DNA of 64,000 nucleotides from Octopus sinensis (GCF_006345805.1 NC_042998.1:164238001-164302000); one strand, 5' to 3'. Shown: positions 11,906 through 27,285, counted from the stretch's first letter. Translations and numbers: made by a program. The notes: generated by a model from the sequence alone, not told the origin.

Positions 11906-13782
11906 AATGCTGTTATTTTTTTAGTTCTAGTTTTTCCTGTTTGCACCACACACACACACACACACACGTTTTTGTTTAATAAGAGACTAGACGCTCCAAG
12001 CCAGCACATCCATTGAGAGTATTAACGAGTGTGCGTGAAGAGGAAGCATGCATCTGCGTCTTCTCTCGCATAATATATTTGGATAATAAGACCAAGGCAG
12101 ACTGTAGCGTAGGGCATAAAGAAGCATTGTGATTTGCATTGCATCCGAATGAAATATAGTCACTTCATCGGATTTCTTTGTACAGATATTAAAATATTTT
12201 CGAAATGAGCCAGCTCTGTCATTATTAAAGCAACTGTAATTGTTGCTGACGTTACTGCCGATGTTGTTGTACATGCAGAATTTCACTGGCGGTGTATGGG
12301 GGTTTGAAAATAAAATTGCTTTCACAAAAATTTATTGTATTTTAGCTTTGATTGGAAAGACGATAAAAACCACTAACCGTAACCAACTGGAGGACACCAT
12401 TGTCCATTTTCTACTTCTATTTATTATTATTATTATTTTTTTTTTTAGAGTATGGTGTAATTTGACGGAAACTGGCTGCTATTTCTAGCTGGTCTCTGTT
12501 ATGCCGTGTTGTGTGTGGTGTACTTGCTTTAAAGCATTCGCTCTATCCTGCCAAATTCTGTATTATCAATTGAATTAGTAGGGTTTGAGTATGAAGACAC
12601 TCAATCTAATAAGTCGTGTATATAATGCACACTAACACACACACACACAATCTCAAATATATTTCAGTTCCAGAAATATGATTTTAATTAGATTGTGTTT
12701 GAAACGTGTGTGTTTGTGTACGTTTATTTATTTATACGGTGTCTGTCAGTTTTATCATATCCTGTTATATATTACATATATTCACGTAGATATGCTGATA
12801 CGCCCGCATACATTACATATGCATACATAACATTACATATAAATCTATTTATTTATAGACGGGACTCTTTTTACTAATTTGAGTGTGGCAATATTCATAT
12901 TAATAAATACACATATACACGCGTAGCCGTCTGTTTAGTATATATACTTAGTAAAATATTTGTGTGTGTAAATATGTGTGCATTTGGATATATGTGTGAC
13001 TTGTGTGTTTGTGTAATTTATTTGTTTTGAGTTTTATAGTTTTTTGTTTTTTGTTTTTTGTTTTTGGCAGAATTGATGGTTCTGTGTGTGGGTGTATATA
13101 TCTGTTCATAATTTGTAAGTGTATGTATGTATATATGTGTTGTAGAATTGATGTTTCTGTGTGTATTTGTGTGTACATATTTGTAACGTGTGTGTGTGTG
13201 TGTGAGTGAGTTCATCAGTCTGGTGTATTTATTTCATTTTTTTTTTATTTACTTCTTTATTGTTCTAGAAAATCCTTGTCTCCATTTCCATTGGCAAATA
13301 ACTCTAATCAAATTTGGACAGTTCGGGATGGGGGAAAATACAAATATAAATACAAAAACAAAACAAAAGATACTGAACAAGAGAAATAGGAAAGCAAACA
13401 GAACAATGATATGGTGTGAGATGGGGGTTGAGAACACAACAAACTTGCCGCTTTCTATGTATCACCGCCATTTTACCTCGATAACATGGTTATAATGGAC
13501 CTTGTTTGGGGGTCTGCTGCCAGGCAAGGCCGGAAGAAAATGGGTGGGGCGCGAGCGTGGCTTTGTGGTAAAGAAACCCGCTTTGCAATAAGGTAGTTTC
13601 GGGTTCAGTCCTAGTACATGGAACCTTAAGCAAGTGTCTTCTACCAGTCTTGGGTTGATCACTATGCTTTGTGAGTGTATTTGGCCAACAGGAAACTGCA
13701 TGAACCTGGTTTAGATGTGTATACTAATACATCTGTTTGTTGTCTACACCCTGTCTTTTATTTATTTTATCGTGAATTCTCC

Positions 13783-13833
<51 letters not shown>

Positions 13834-14169
13834 GAAACACACACACACACACACACACAAGAATTTTTTGCGTAATGAGATAAAAAAAAACCAAGGCTGT
13901 GTAGATATTAGAACATCTATAGATAGGTCTTATAGCTGTTTCCAGGATATTTATTAATTATATCCCTTCATCGGAGACGGTGTGAGAGGATGATTAAGTC
14001 ATAATTAGTTTAGATGTGATACAAAATGAAGAGTGAGGTGGAGGAAAGAAAACAGATGCAAGATATGTACGGATATTGAAGTTACAAATCCATTTTTTAG
14101 ACAGAATGGTATATATGTAATATTCCAATACCCTATGAGTAAAGTCCAAAAGTCCATACATATAAATTT

Positions 14170-14352
14170 TTAAAAATAAACGAAGGAAAAACTACAACGT
14201 GAGGACGTGGTACTTGCAAAGTATTAGCAGACGCTAAGGGAAGGAAAGAAAGGGTGTATTACGTTTCGGGCAAAGCTTTTCTCCTGGAACAGGAAACAGA
14301 GGAAAATCCAAGACAAAGGATCGCCAATGATCCACATGTAGTTACATTTTGA
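14170..14352 (-). mobile_element. Penelope-like terminal-repeat fragment with a decayed hammerhead (14252-14290)
   Basis: Minus strand AAGC-TTT-GCCC-GAAA-CGT-A keeps stem II, stem III and the GUA site of the 18868-18900 motif; CUGANGA core corrupted. Confidence 0.4.
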
Positions 14353-15438
14353 AAATTTGTGTGTGTGAAAGAGAGAGAGAGCATATATACGTGTGTACAT
14401 ATATAAAATATTGTATATCTATGTGTATTTCTGTTTCTAACCCCTTACCGCTTGATAACCGGTATTGGTTTGTTTACATGACTGTAACTTAGCGATTCGG
14501 CAAAAGATAACAATAGAACAAGTACCGGACTTAACAAATTCTGTTTCACTAATCATACACCAGCAGATGGCTGCTAATGTTAATGTGCAGTTATTTAATA
14601 AATTTTTGTTCGAATAAAACCAGTCAGAGTGGATGCCCTTGAAACAAGTGGCAGGAGACTCTATGTGGTCAATTGACATACTGGAAATATAAACCAAGTT
14701 TCCTTCAAATCGTATTCTGCCACTTCAAAATAAGGATGAGACTTTAATCAACATAACCCTAAACAGTTGGCTTTTCAGATACTAATTAACATATATTATT
14801 CGTTACAACATCGGATAAAATACTGTAGTATTCGTTTCTCTATTTATCTAAAGCATCTTCCTTTCTAACACTCTCTCTCTTTCTCTCTCTCTCTCACACA
14901 CACAACACAGCACTGTCATTCCTTTCTCTTAGAAAAAGATAAATCGACAATAAGAAAAGGGGATATGTGACTCAGCATTATGTAAATATATTACAAAGTA
15001 TTTTATTAAACAAAGGATGTATCTAAAGATATCTCTCTCTTTTTTTTTTTTTTTTTTTTTAAGTGGCCAGAATGATTCACTCCGTCGCAATACGGCTGGG
15101 TATTTTTTTTTCTTTGCTTCAATACTCGGTCTTAAATTAAATTGCTTCGTCAGATGAGTGAAACAAGAATGCATGTGTATTACCGGTTTGAATCATAGGA
15201 TTGTGAGTATGATAGCGCACCTAATTCCTGGGTATCAAATATATATATATATATACTTAATATATATTACTCTATCTCCGGTATTCGAGTACTATTTTTT
15301 CCACCTTGTTTCGCATGTATGTGCTTACTCTGGTAATTTATATACACACACACAACGGTGGTGCCCAAGCATGACCACAGCTTTAAAGCTGAAACATTTT
15401 AAAGATTTCATAAATATTTATATATAAAATCTTTAAAA

Positions 15439-15792
15439 TGTTTCAGTCATTTGACTGCAGCCATGCTGGAGTACCACTTTGATGGGTTTTAGTCGAACAA
15501 ATCGACCCCAGGACTTATTCTTTGTAAGCCTAGTTACTTATTCTATCGGCCTCCTTTGCCGAACTGTTAAAGTTATGGGAAAATAAGCACACCAACATCG
15601 GTTGTCAAGCGATGATGGGGGTGACAAACACATACAGAAACACTTATACACACACGACGGGTTTCTTTCAATCTCCGGCTACCAAATCGGTCTGAGGCTG
15701 TAGTAAAAGACGCGTGCCCAAGGTTTCACGCAGTAGGACCGAACCCGGAACCATGTGGTTGGAAACCAAGCTTCCTACCACACAATCACGCC
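15439..15792 (-). mobile_element. SINE family A
   Basis: Reverse-complement family A copy. Confidence 0.85.
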
Positions 15793-16671
15793 AAACCCAT
15801 TCTGTATAGGAACCTTTTCCCTGTCGTGTGTGATTCACGTGTAATGCATAGTACTTATTCCTTTGGTTTCCATGCATCATATATGATACTTTTGTGGGGG
15901 TGGACCCAATGTAGCGGGAGGAAATTAGAGGCAAGTGAGCCCTTCTAAATAATGTTATTACGCCTTTGTCTTCTGGAAATGTATTCCCTTCTGATCTTGT
16001 GCGCTCCCTTCGAAAAATACCTAGAACTGCGAATACTTTTCTAGTTGTTTTCAACCATCGCAATAACTTGGGACTTGTTAAAAGGAAAGCTTTATACTAC
16101 TCAGAACGTATAAAAACAAGCAGTCATCTAAGGCATACTTATGAAAATGCTTTGATCAGGTAAAAGGGAGGTTGAGATAAAATCGACTTCAATAGAACTC
16201 TGGACGTAACTAAATACAAGGATTTTTTTGTCCGCAGCCCTATCCGTTCTGACCAATATGTGTGTGCGTGTGCGCGCGCACGTGTATGGTGAAGAAAACC
16301 TATATAAGGAATGCCCCTACAAAGTTTTTGTTAGTTTGGAATGTTGTGCGCGCGCACTCATATCCTTTCCCTCTCCCTCCCTCCCTCCCTCCCTCTCTCT
16401 CACACACACACAAACACAAATGTATACACGCACTGTTGCTGCTGTCTTCACCTGCAATGATTTGATACCTCTATCTACAAAAGACAGACACAAAAGGACT
16501 AGTGATGTAGCTAATAACACCTATTGAAATCAAAGGGCTTGAGGTGAACGAGTACATTTCAATCCTCATCCCGCACGCGCGCGTGTGTACGCTGATGTCT
16601 GAATGCGATGCCCCCCTGTTGCAGCATATAGAATGCGTAAGGGCGCTCGTATATTATTATTATTACTATTT

Positions 16672-16858
16672 TGGAGGCAGTGAGCTAGCAGAATCTTTAG
16701 CGCGCTAGACGAAATGCTTAGCGGTATTTCTGGGTTCACATTGCGCTGAGGTTAGCTTTGCCTTTCATCCTTTTAGGGTCGATAAAATAAGTACCAGTTC
16801 TATACTGAAGTTCATGTAATCGATGCGCCCTCTCCCCTAAAATGGCTGCCCTTGTGGA
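16672..16858 (+). mobile_element. SINE family B
   Basis: gagctagcagaatc...gctttgcctttcatccttttagggtcgataaaataagtacc...ccttgtg. Confidence 0.75.
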
Positions 16859-18405
16859 AAAATTATTATTATGGACGCAGGCATACATCAAGTAAAAGAT
16901 AGAATATATGCATACATGTAGGTGTATAACAGATACGGTAGTAACAACATACTACCTGTTGCATATTTGAAATTTTTGTGTGTGTGTATGTGCTCTCAGT
17001 CACGCTCCCGCCCCCATACACACACACAGAAAGAGTAGCTTGTTCTCCTTTCATTGTGATACTGTAGTAATGGGGATGCAATAATCTCGGCACTTTGCTC
17101 TTTCTCACACACACACATGCGCGCGCGCAAACACATTAAATAATGTGTATGTCTAAGAGAGCGAGATGGTGGGGTGAGACTACTCAGGGTCCTAAAACTG
17201 GAATCGGTAATTTTCAGAGCTTGCTTACGCCTGGTTCAACTGTCCAAAGAGTTCTAAGCGTTTGACTGTGTATGGCAGGACAGTAGGCTATCTATCCTGG
17301 GGTGCCTGTATCCGTCCGTAGCAGTCAACCTTATGCGAGATAGAGAGATGATAAGGATTAAATAAATCGTACGGAGTAGTGATTGAAGGCCGTATGGTAA
17401 GGTATAATATAAGTATGTAGTGAAATAAATCGGGACGAGACGAACGTTCATGAGTTCAACTGACCTCAGTTGCCCTCATTTGTTTACAGGTTTACGTTAT
17501 TGTTAAATGGACTTTTGAATCACCCTTTATGTACTAACCATAATTGGTAGCTACTACCTTGTATCCTGTTCCGCAGTCGTTATTGTAGCTGGATTTAAGG
17601 AAAACCTGACTTGATGATTGCCCCTAGGTTCTCACGGATACATAAGAATGGTTCCCACAAATTTTCTTTTTGTCCTTTTATATTTTAGCCTTTTATTCTT
17701 ACATTCAAATTTATGAACGCCTCCCTAGATAATACGCCTTTTTTCTTCTTCACAAATATCAGTCTACCTTGCAACAATCCTAGTTTCACTTTTGAAGTTA
17801 CTCTTTTATCTTCTTGCTCATTTCAATCATTGGACTGCGACCATATTAGGCGCTTTTTTTCTTCCTGTTTGTTTTTTAGGGTTATAACGCGTTGGGCAAC
17901 TATCCATTACTTACAGATTTACGAGAAAACATTCAAGCGGAAACAGTCGTGTTTTTAATTTTTAATTTTTTCATTCATTTATTTTATTCGTTCAGTAGCA
18001 AATGTCTATCCAGAAGTAACGTGTCCTTTAATGCAAGGTGGTACGGTTGTGACTTTAGTGAGATTTGGGTTCTATTTCTGGCAGATACATTGACTACTTA
18101 GACGTTTCCGCTGCTACTTAGTATATCCAGGAAAAGTGAAGTTAACTTGAGATGAATTTGAACTCAAAACGTAAAGAGACGTAACTCCAAACCATGAGTA
18201 TTTCATCCAACTCTCTTTTGATTTGTTGTTGGCCAAAATCCCTTGCTGTATTTAGTAATGGCTTTTTTGCGTTCCGAGTTCAAATCTTGCCATGGTCCAG
18301 CTTTGCTTTTTCCACTATAAAACTATTCTGCAAACACTTATTTGGTCTCCAAGCATTACATAATCAACCAACACCGGCAGTCAAGCGGTGTAGGGCCAAA
18401 AACAG

Positions 18406-18516
<111 letters not shown>

Positions 18517-18867
18517 TGATATGACTAGCTTCCACACAGTTTCATCCTGCCAAATTCATTCAGAATGTATTGGTTGACTTGCTGCTATACTAGACACTTG
18601 CCCACGATGCCATGCTGTGGGACCGAACCCACGTGGTTGCAAAGCGAGATTCTTAACTACACATCCATAACAGCGCCTATATGTATTAAGTTTTAAAAAT
18701 GAAATCCGCTTTTGATAGGAGAGTTCTTACGTTAGAAAACAAAATTAGATAGATAGATCTGTGACGAACAGTGGATTCAAAAACAATAGAAGTCAAATGG
18801 ATATACACAGTTAATATATTAGTTTGACACTCGGTGAAAGTTTTAGATTGAAAATTTAAGATAAAAG

Positions 18868-18900
18868 CATAACGTTTCGGGCATTGCTCTTCGTCGGATA
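18868..18900 (-). ncRNA. Near-complete minimal hammerhead ribozyme with a U4C core change
   Basis: Minus strand UAU CCGACGA A GAGC AAU GCCC GAAA CGU U / AUG; palindromic stem III ACGU, 3-bp stem I. Confidence 0.5.
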
Positions 18901-18990
18901 GTTAAAGTCCGGAGAAGGTAAAGTGGAAATAGAAACGGATATGTAGCCGAAAAGCACGTTGGTGGCTACATGACACACACACACACACAT

Positions 18991-19025
<35 letters not shown>

Positions 19026-19030
<5 letters not shown>

Positions 19031-19241
19031 CAGGGTGCTGAAAAGTTCCTGGCTTTGGGGAAAAGAAAATACAGGAGGATAATTTATGATTTTATTCAAC
19101 ATATTCCCCTCTCAGATTCACACACCTATGGGAGTAGCCCTTCAGTTTTCTAAGCTCTGTAAAAGAACTCGGAAGGTTGGGCTTCCAACTAGGCCTTTCG
19201 CGATACCCTTAAAGCCAGGAACTTTTTATCACCCCCTCGTA
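19026..19241. mobile_element. mariner-type MITE
   Basis: 31-bp terminal inverted repeats including the TA, 26/31 identical (ta..agggtgctgaaaagttcctggcttt / aaagccaggaactttttatcaccccctcgta). Confidence 0.85.
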
Positions 19242-19899
19242 TAATGACTGCGAAGAGAATATTTTGCGGTATGTATCTAGGTTTCTTTGCATTCTGCGTT
19301 CAAATCCCGCTGATGACGATTTTTGCATTCGTCCTTCGGAAAACCCAGTCTCAGAGTTTTGTTATGTCGTTCGTGTGCCCAGGTAAGATCCAGTGTGTGT
19401 GTGAGATTTTGAAAATATGTTTGCGACATGTGTGAGTCAACGTTAATATGTATGCGTTACTATAAGCGCAGATCTGTGTGTGTTGATTGTGTAAGTCTGT
19501 ATGTATGTGTGTATATACGTGTTTACTTATTGCCTTAATACCTACCGGCTTAATAATTAATTTTATGGTATTATGCAGATGAATTAGCGCCGTCCCGTTT
19601 TATTTATTGGGGATTATCTGCTTAATTATATACACATCTATGTGCTTTATGCATGCTGTGAAATCGGCTTTTCTCTCTCTTTCACTCTCTTTCTCTCTCT
19701 GCCAGCCATTTTGTTTCGATTGTTGCACTAAGTATCACATTGTTGTCATATCTGGGACTCTTAATATGTATGTGTGTGTGTGTGTGTGGAGATTAAAAGA
19801 GGTGTGCAATTTGGCTGCAGGGATTATCGTCTGTCAAGAATGAGTGTCTTTCTGTAACCGACCGACCAACCGCTCAACCTGCCCTCTTTCCGCTTCTCT

Positions 19900-19914
19900 C
19901 CGTCTCTCTCTCTC

Positions 19915-19955
<41 letters not shown>
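19900..19955. repeat. (CT)n microsatellite
   Basis: Direct reading. Confidence 0.95.
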
Positions 19956-19956
<1 letters not shown>

Positions 19957-20557
19957 CGCACCTTGTCTTCGTCGACTCTCTATAAAGGACCCATGACGTG
20001 GTCGCCCCATCTGCCAGAAATGCCAGCTAAATTGCACTATACCGTATTAAAGAAACATCGGATAGTAATAGTTCTAAATACGTTGCCTGAAATCAAAGAC
20101 GGAAACGGTCGTGGCTGGAATGCCTTTGATCATAACTCTAAGTGGATGGCTTGCAAGGCCCTCTTAACAGCAGTATAGGACTCCGAGTAAAGGAATGTGC
20201 TTGCGTCTCTACAACGTGCATAAATTAGTTATGGGCCTCCTAGATATCACTGATGGCTAGATAATACTGGCTCTTATTGTTTAATCTGAGGTCAGCCCCG
20301 ATGAAACAGACCTAAATTCAAAGACGGCTCAACCAAGAACTTGGTCAAATTTATTTTTCTGACACGCTCTTTATTATTATTTTTAAAGACATTCAAAGTG
20401 TAGGATGAGGGAGATTTAGGTATTATTTCCAGCAAATGACGTAACTTTGTTGGTTTGTTTTGTAGCTAAGTCTTCAGAGCATCTCAGATCGAAACAAACT
20501 AATGAGCACAGGCATTCTAGAAATGACCATCCCATGTTACTATACACTGCCTGTATA

Positions 20558-20917
20558 TCTCTTTCTATATAAACGGCAGTTTGTCTGTGTGTGTTTCTGT
20601 GTGTCTGTTTGCTTTCAACCGATTCTGATGAAACTTGACACACACATAGCCCAATGTCATAATTCAAAACTAACGCAGCGAAAATTTTGAAAAGTTCCCC
20701 CAGTTCTGAAAAAGATCGATAAATTCGACATGGGGTCGACAATCAGAAACACAAACCACAGATGGTCTAGGAGACGCAACTCGACCTTTTTAACTATCAA
20801 AAAAAATTTACCATCATTTTTTCCCCATTTTTTTGCTATTTTTTGGCTATAACTCTCTAAAAATGCTTTATAGTTATTTCCCTTACAAACCCGAGCAACG
20901 CCGGGCGATACTGCTAG
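20558..20917 (+). mobile_element. Non-autonomous Helitron
   Basis: A|TCTCTTTCTATATAAA start, (GTCT/GT) tract, 3' hairpin cccg-agcaacgc-cggg followed by CTAG|T; A/T target. Confidence 0.85.
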
Positions 20918-21254
20918 TTCTTTATATAATCTGCGTTGCACATGTTCATTTGATCTTAGATCGTCTGTCTGTTCTATTGGATTGAAACTAAACTATCTTA
21001 TATATAAACAGCCTGTTAAATGCATTAGTATTTGTATATGGTTGTGGTTTTGAAAGGAAGTATTTTTGATCCTGGTGTTGCTTAGGATTTCTGTATTATA
21101 AAACTAAATTTTGTTTTTTTAAGAGATTAAAGCACACAGCTCATACAGAAATACGCACAAACATACTCATTCTGTTAGATTTACACATACATTCAGTCGA
21201 TATCTCGACCACACACACAATCATGTAGTCACTACACAATCACTATAATAATAA

Positions 21255-21600
21255 TAATCTTTTCTAGTAAAGGCACAAGGCTTAAAATTTTAGGGGAGGG
21301 GACTAGTGTTTCACTGGTACTTATCGACTCCGAAACGATGAAAGTCAAAGTCGACCTTGGTTTCAGATTTTGCCACAAGGGCAGCAATTTAGAGTAGGGG
21401 CGGAGATGAGTCAATTACATAGACCTCAGTGCTCAACTGCTATTTAATTTGTCGACCTTGAAAGGACGAAAAGCAAAGCATTTCGCCCGGCGTGCTAATG
21501 ATTCTGCCAACCCGCCTAATAATCATTTTTATTTTAGACACAAGGCCTGAAATTTTTTTTTTGGGGGGGGGGAAGGAGGTAGTCGATTACTTCGACCCCC
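21255..21600 (-). mobile_element. Two adjacent decayed SINE family B copies
   Basis: aggcacaaggc tails at ~21271 and ~21537, aaagtcgacctt core, tttcgcccggcgtgctaa head. Confidence 0.65.
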
Positions 21601-22649
21601 ATGTTACAGTGGATGTTTCAGCGTAATCCCTTTTCAATGGCCATTTTTTTTTATGCGATTGGCTTTTGATGAAGGAGAGAGTTTAACACTCCTGGCCTCT
21701 TTTGAGTTTCTTGCCGTGATATAGATTCATGGTTCATCTGGGACACACGCACACATTTCGGTATTAGTAGACGACGTCATTTATTGACACAACTTTACCT
21801 CATGATATAAAGAGGCTAGGTGAATGACGTTATTTATTAATACCGAAAGATTGCCCCCACCCCGACACACACACACTCACATGTGTGTGTATGTTGTGAA
21901 CTGCATCTCTGTAGCTGTTTCAGTTTCCTGATTGATGCTGAGCAAACATTCGCCTTGCTCGAAACAAGTGGCCGTTTTATAAGAATATGTATGTATGTAC
22001 GCACGCATGCATGCATGTGTGCGCTCATACACAGTATAGTAATACGGAATCACTATACAAACTGGAAAGGATTCTTAGAGGAAAAACCAGAGAGCAAGCG
22101 GTAACAATATAATAAAAAAAAAAATGAAAAAACTTTCCATATATGGGCTGGGTGAATGACAGGATCTGTAGAGCATCACACAAAATAGTTTATGATATTC
22201 GGTTACGTCTCGAGTTCAAATTCCACTCGGGTCAACTTTTCTGGGATCGATAAGATAATTACGAAGATTAGTCAAAACAGCTGGGAATGATGTAGAAGGT
22301 AGGATTAAACTGCTGTCTGGCTGTTTGGCAGCCGGATATTGACGATTGGCCTTTATCACTGTTGCTTAGCCTTTGGTTAGTTCCATTAGTAAACCCATGA
22401 TGAAACGGGATCTTCTCAATTGATATCTATCTTCCACTTGTTTCAATCTTTGGACTGCGTCTTAGAGTAGTTTAATCGAAGACATCGACCCCAGTACTTA
22501 TTCTGTCGAATCTTTTTACCGAACCGCTGAATTGCGGGGATGTAAGCAAACCAACAGTAAAATACACGTATGTGTGTATACATGGTTTGTGCTCAGAGCC
22601 CACAGATTGCTTGGAGATCCATGACAAGAGACTATTACCTTTCATCTTT

Positions 22650-23003
22650 TACTTATTTCAGTCATTAGACTGTGGTCATGCTGGGGCACCGCCTTGACTC
22701 TGTAGTCGAATGAAACGATCTCAGTATTTCTTTAAGACTGGTACATATTATGTCGGTTCTTTTGCAGAACCGCTAAGTTACCGAGACGTAAACACACCGA
22801 CGCCATGTATCAAGCTGTGGTTGGGACGGGAACACATACACATACACGACGGGCTTCTTTTCAGTTTCTGTCTACTGAATCCACTCACGAGGCTTTCGTC
22901 GACTCCGGGCTACAGTAGAAGACACATGCCCTAGGGTGCCGCGCAGTGAAGCTGAAGTCACAATGTTGAGAAGCAAGCTTCTTACCACACAGCCACGCCT
23001 GTG
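22650..23003 (-). mobile_element. SINE family A
   Basis: Reverse-complement family A copy. Confidence 0.8.
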
Positions 23004-23291
23004 CCCTGTCAACACTTTTTTTAAGGCACATATTTGTATCCGTGACTACATTTTTGTAATGTCTTTTTTCTTTGTTTTTTTTTTTTCTCTTTTTTCTCCT
23101 CTCTTCTATACCTACTTCCCCAGCGCTACAGTGTAGAGAACTGTTAAAGGAATGGAAACCTGCTTAACGTATTAGTGTAACAGCAGAGGAAATAGTAGAG
23201 TAACCTACTTTAAAGTTGAAGAAAGGAAGAATGAATCGAGTGTGGAATACACACAAGTATGTGTGTGTGTGTGTATATATATATTTATATA

Positions 23292-23649
23292 TAGTTTCAG
23301 TCATTTGACTGCGGCCATGCTGGAGCGCCGCCTTTTGCCGAATAAATGGATCCCAGGACTTATTCTTTTTAAGCCTAGTACTTATTCTATCGTTTTTTTT
23401 TTTGCCGAACCACTACTTTACGGAGTCGTAAACACACCAACATCGGTGGATGGGTGGGGGAAAACACAAACATACACACAAACACACATACGTACGAGTG
23501 GCTTCTTTCAGTTTCCGTCTACCAAATCCATTCACAAGGCTTTGGTCGATCCAAGGCTATAGTAGAAGACACTTGCCCAAGGTGCCACGCAGTGGGACTG
23601 AACCCAGAACCATGTGGTTGGTAAGCAAGCTACTTAACACAGCCACTCC

Positions 23650-23650
<1 letters not shown>
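23292..23650 (-). mobile_element. SINE family A
   Basis: Reverse-complement family A copy ending ccacagccactcct. Confidence 0.85.
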
Positions 23651-24950
<1,300 letters not shown>

Positions 24951-25905
24951 TTTCTTCGATATAACTCGACAAAATCAAAATATTTGACAACATTTCGGGT
25001 ATTTCCATAACAGTTGCAGCCTGTATGTGTATATACTTACTTATATGCATGTGTGTATATGCCTATGTATATATATATTAATCAGAGGACAATATTTTTT
25101 TTCTCCCGAACTATTTACTCCGCATTGAAATTATATTATGAATTGTATGCCTGTATATATATACTCACGCACACCGTCCCTCCGTGTATCTGTTTTTTAC
25201 ATTTAGTCAAAGTAAAGAAGAAAAAGCTTGAAAATAAACGAAAGGTTTAGTGGAAGAAGTAAGAGAGGACACGGTGCTTGTGTGACCGCTTGAACTCTCA
25301 CCGGTCAGGCTCTGAATGAGATTAAAAGTAAACAATGATATATATATAAATGCTAACGTGTAGGTTTATTTGTCTTGCTCCTCTCTCTCCCTCTCTCTCA
25401 TCCACCCTTTATAAACATACTACCCGTTACTCTGCTCTGCTAAAAGAAACATCCAGTTTCTAGATCAATTTGTCTACTGGGTACTGGTCGCTCCACTACC
25501 TTGTTTTAACTTGTATATGTTGAAAAGGGAAAGATAGATAGATGGTAAGGGGTTTTGAAGGTCAGGTCTGTTTGGAACAGTCTAATGATCAAAGAAAGAC
25601 TGGCTAATTTGGACCCTAGCATCTTTATATTTTTTTTCTTTCGTGCGAGAATCTCGGGGCCATATTATATAGTGAATTACTTTTTCTAAAATAGGACGTG
25701 TGAAAATTGGCTGCTATTTCTAGCAGGTCGTACGACCACATTAAGATTTCCTCTGTTGGTGGTAGTCGTGCTTAGTAAGCTTGTACATGGCGTTACTAGT
25801 GTTATTGTCAGGAAATAGCTTAACGTTTACATGTAGTTCACAGCCATACACATCCACAGCAATGTTTACAATTTATACACGTAGTCTTCACAACCGTCTG
25901 CGTGT

Positions 25906-25941
<36 letters not shown>

Positions 25942-26739
25942 CATATATGTATGTAGTTGTTCGGTTATGACCGGTCAGGAAGTTACCATTGGTTTCACGT
26001 GTATGATTGCTCTTAGCAATATAGGCGATTCATCAGACCTACGGGGCCGGAGGTGCATAATCTCTTAACTATATTTATGTATATATAAATACTTACATTC
26101 GTGTGTGTATTTACAACTATGTATCAAGTTGAAAGCAGGAAAAGTATATTCATACAGTCACACTAAATATAGCTTCCATCCTCTCCACCATATATATATA
26201 TATATATATATCAGCACATTGTTTAATGCGTGTATATACGCACACATTCCTTTGCCATCAAACATATATTTACTCGTTAATAAGATCTGATTACATACAT
26301 ATATATTTATGTGTACAGTTCGTGAGTTTTGTATTTACAGCAATGTTGAAGAAGAAAAAAAGTAACACCGCATGCAATTGAATTTAGTTTATTTATACGA
26401 AACTTTGGTTTCTCTCCGTTACTACTCTGGGGTTTTGCTTTTCTTCCCCCTAAAGCAAATAGCTTGCTCCCTCTCGCTCTGTTATCCTTCTTTTATAGTA
26501 TGCGTGCGTGTGTGTTGGTCGGCGATGAGGATTGAGCTGTTTTATCTACTAAATTTAAACCATAAGTGGCATTCTACAGACATGTACAATCCATCTGACA
26601 GGGCTTCTTTGCACTGGCAAGTTATGGGTTGACTCGAGGATATGCAAAATAACATTTGCTCACGATCCCACACAGGGGATCGAACCCAGGACATTTGTTG
26701 TGAGGCGAATTTTTTTCTTAACTAATTGACTGTTTTATG

Positions 26740-26778
<39 letters not shown>

Positions 26779-27285
26779 CACATTCCGTCGCGCACGCACG
26801 CACCTCGCTGGCTCCTTCTCACATCTTCGCCTTTCTCTCTTTCTGCACATACCCTCCTTTCCTCTTGTTTTACATATTTTGCAAGCTGACATCCACCTCA
26901 TATTTTTTTTTTTACCCTTTTTCTCATTCACCCCTCTATCATTTTTCTTTCTCTCTCACTCTTCTCACTCTTTCTCCACTTCCTCCTCCCTCTTCGTCTG
27001 CAGTTTCTAATCAAAGGTCACACAGCCAGGGCAGTTCGTATGATCCTTAGACGAGCTGCAAAGATCAACCAAACTCTAATCCTCCCTCCCTACCGCAATC
27101 GTTCTCTTTTCGTTTAAACTCGAAAGTGAGGGAGAGGTTGTTTTTTTTTCTCTGTCCCTGATGATGATGTTGCTGTTACTACTACTGCTGCTGCTAGTGT
27201 TAGCGGAGCAGTAGTTTTTTGTTTTGTTTGTTTTCCTTTTCTTTTGACCCCCCCCCTTTCTCCGTCGTTCTGTGGCGTCAGGCGA

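Noticed and set aside
11987-12325. 112-aa minus-strand ORF at the CpG boundary
   Set aside because: No recognisable domain or clear splice signals; the length is within chance expectation.
21928-21972. Hammerhead-like CTGATTGA...GAGCAA/TTGCTC-GAAAC
   Set aside because: The core is interrupted by extra bases, position 17 would be G, and no stem I partner exists.
26655-26720. tRNA-like B box (ggggatcgaacccagg), also in SINE heads
   Set aside because: No full cloverleaf; these are tRNA-derived SINE fragments, not tRNA genes.
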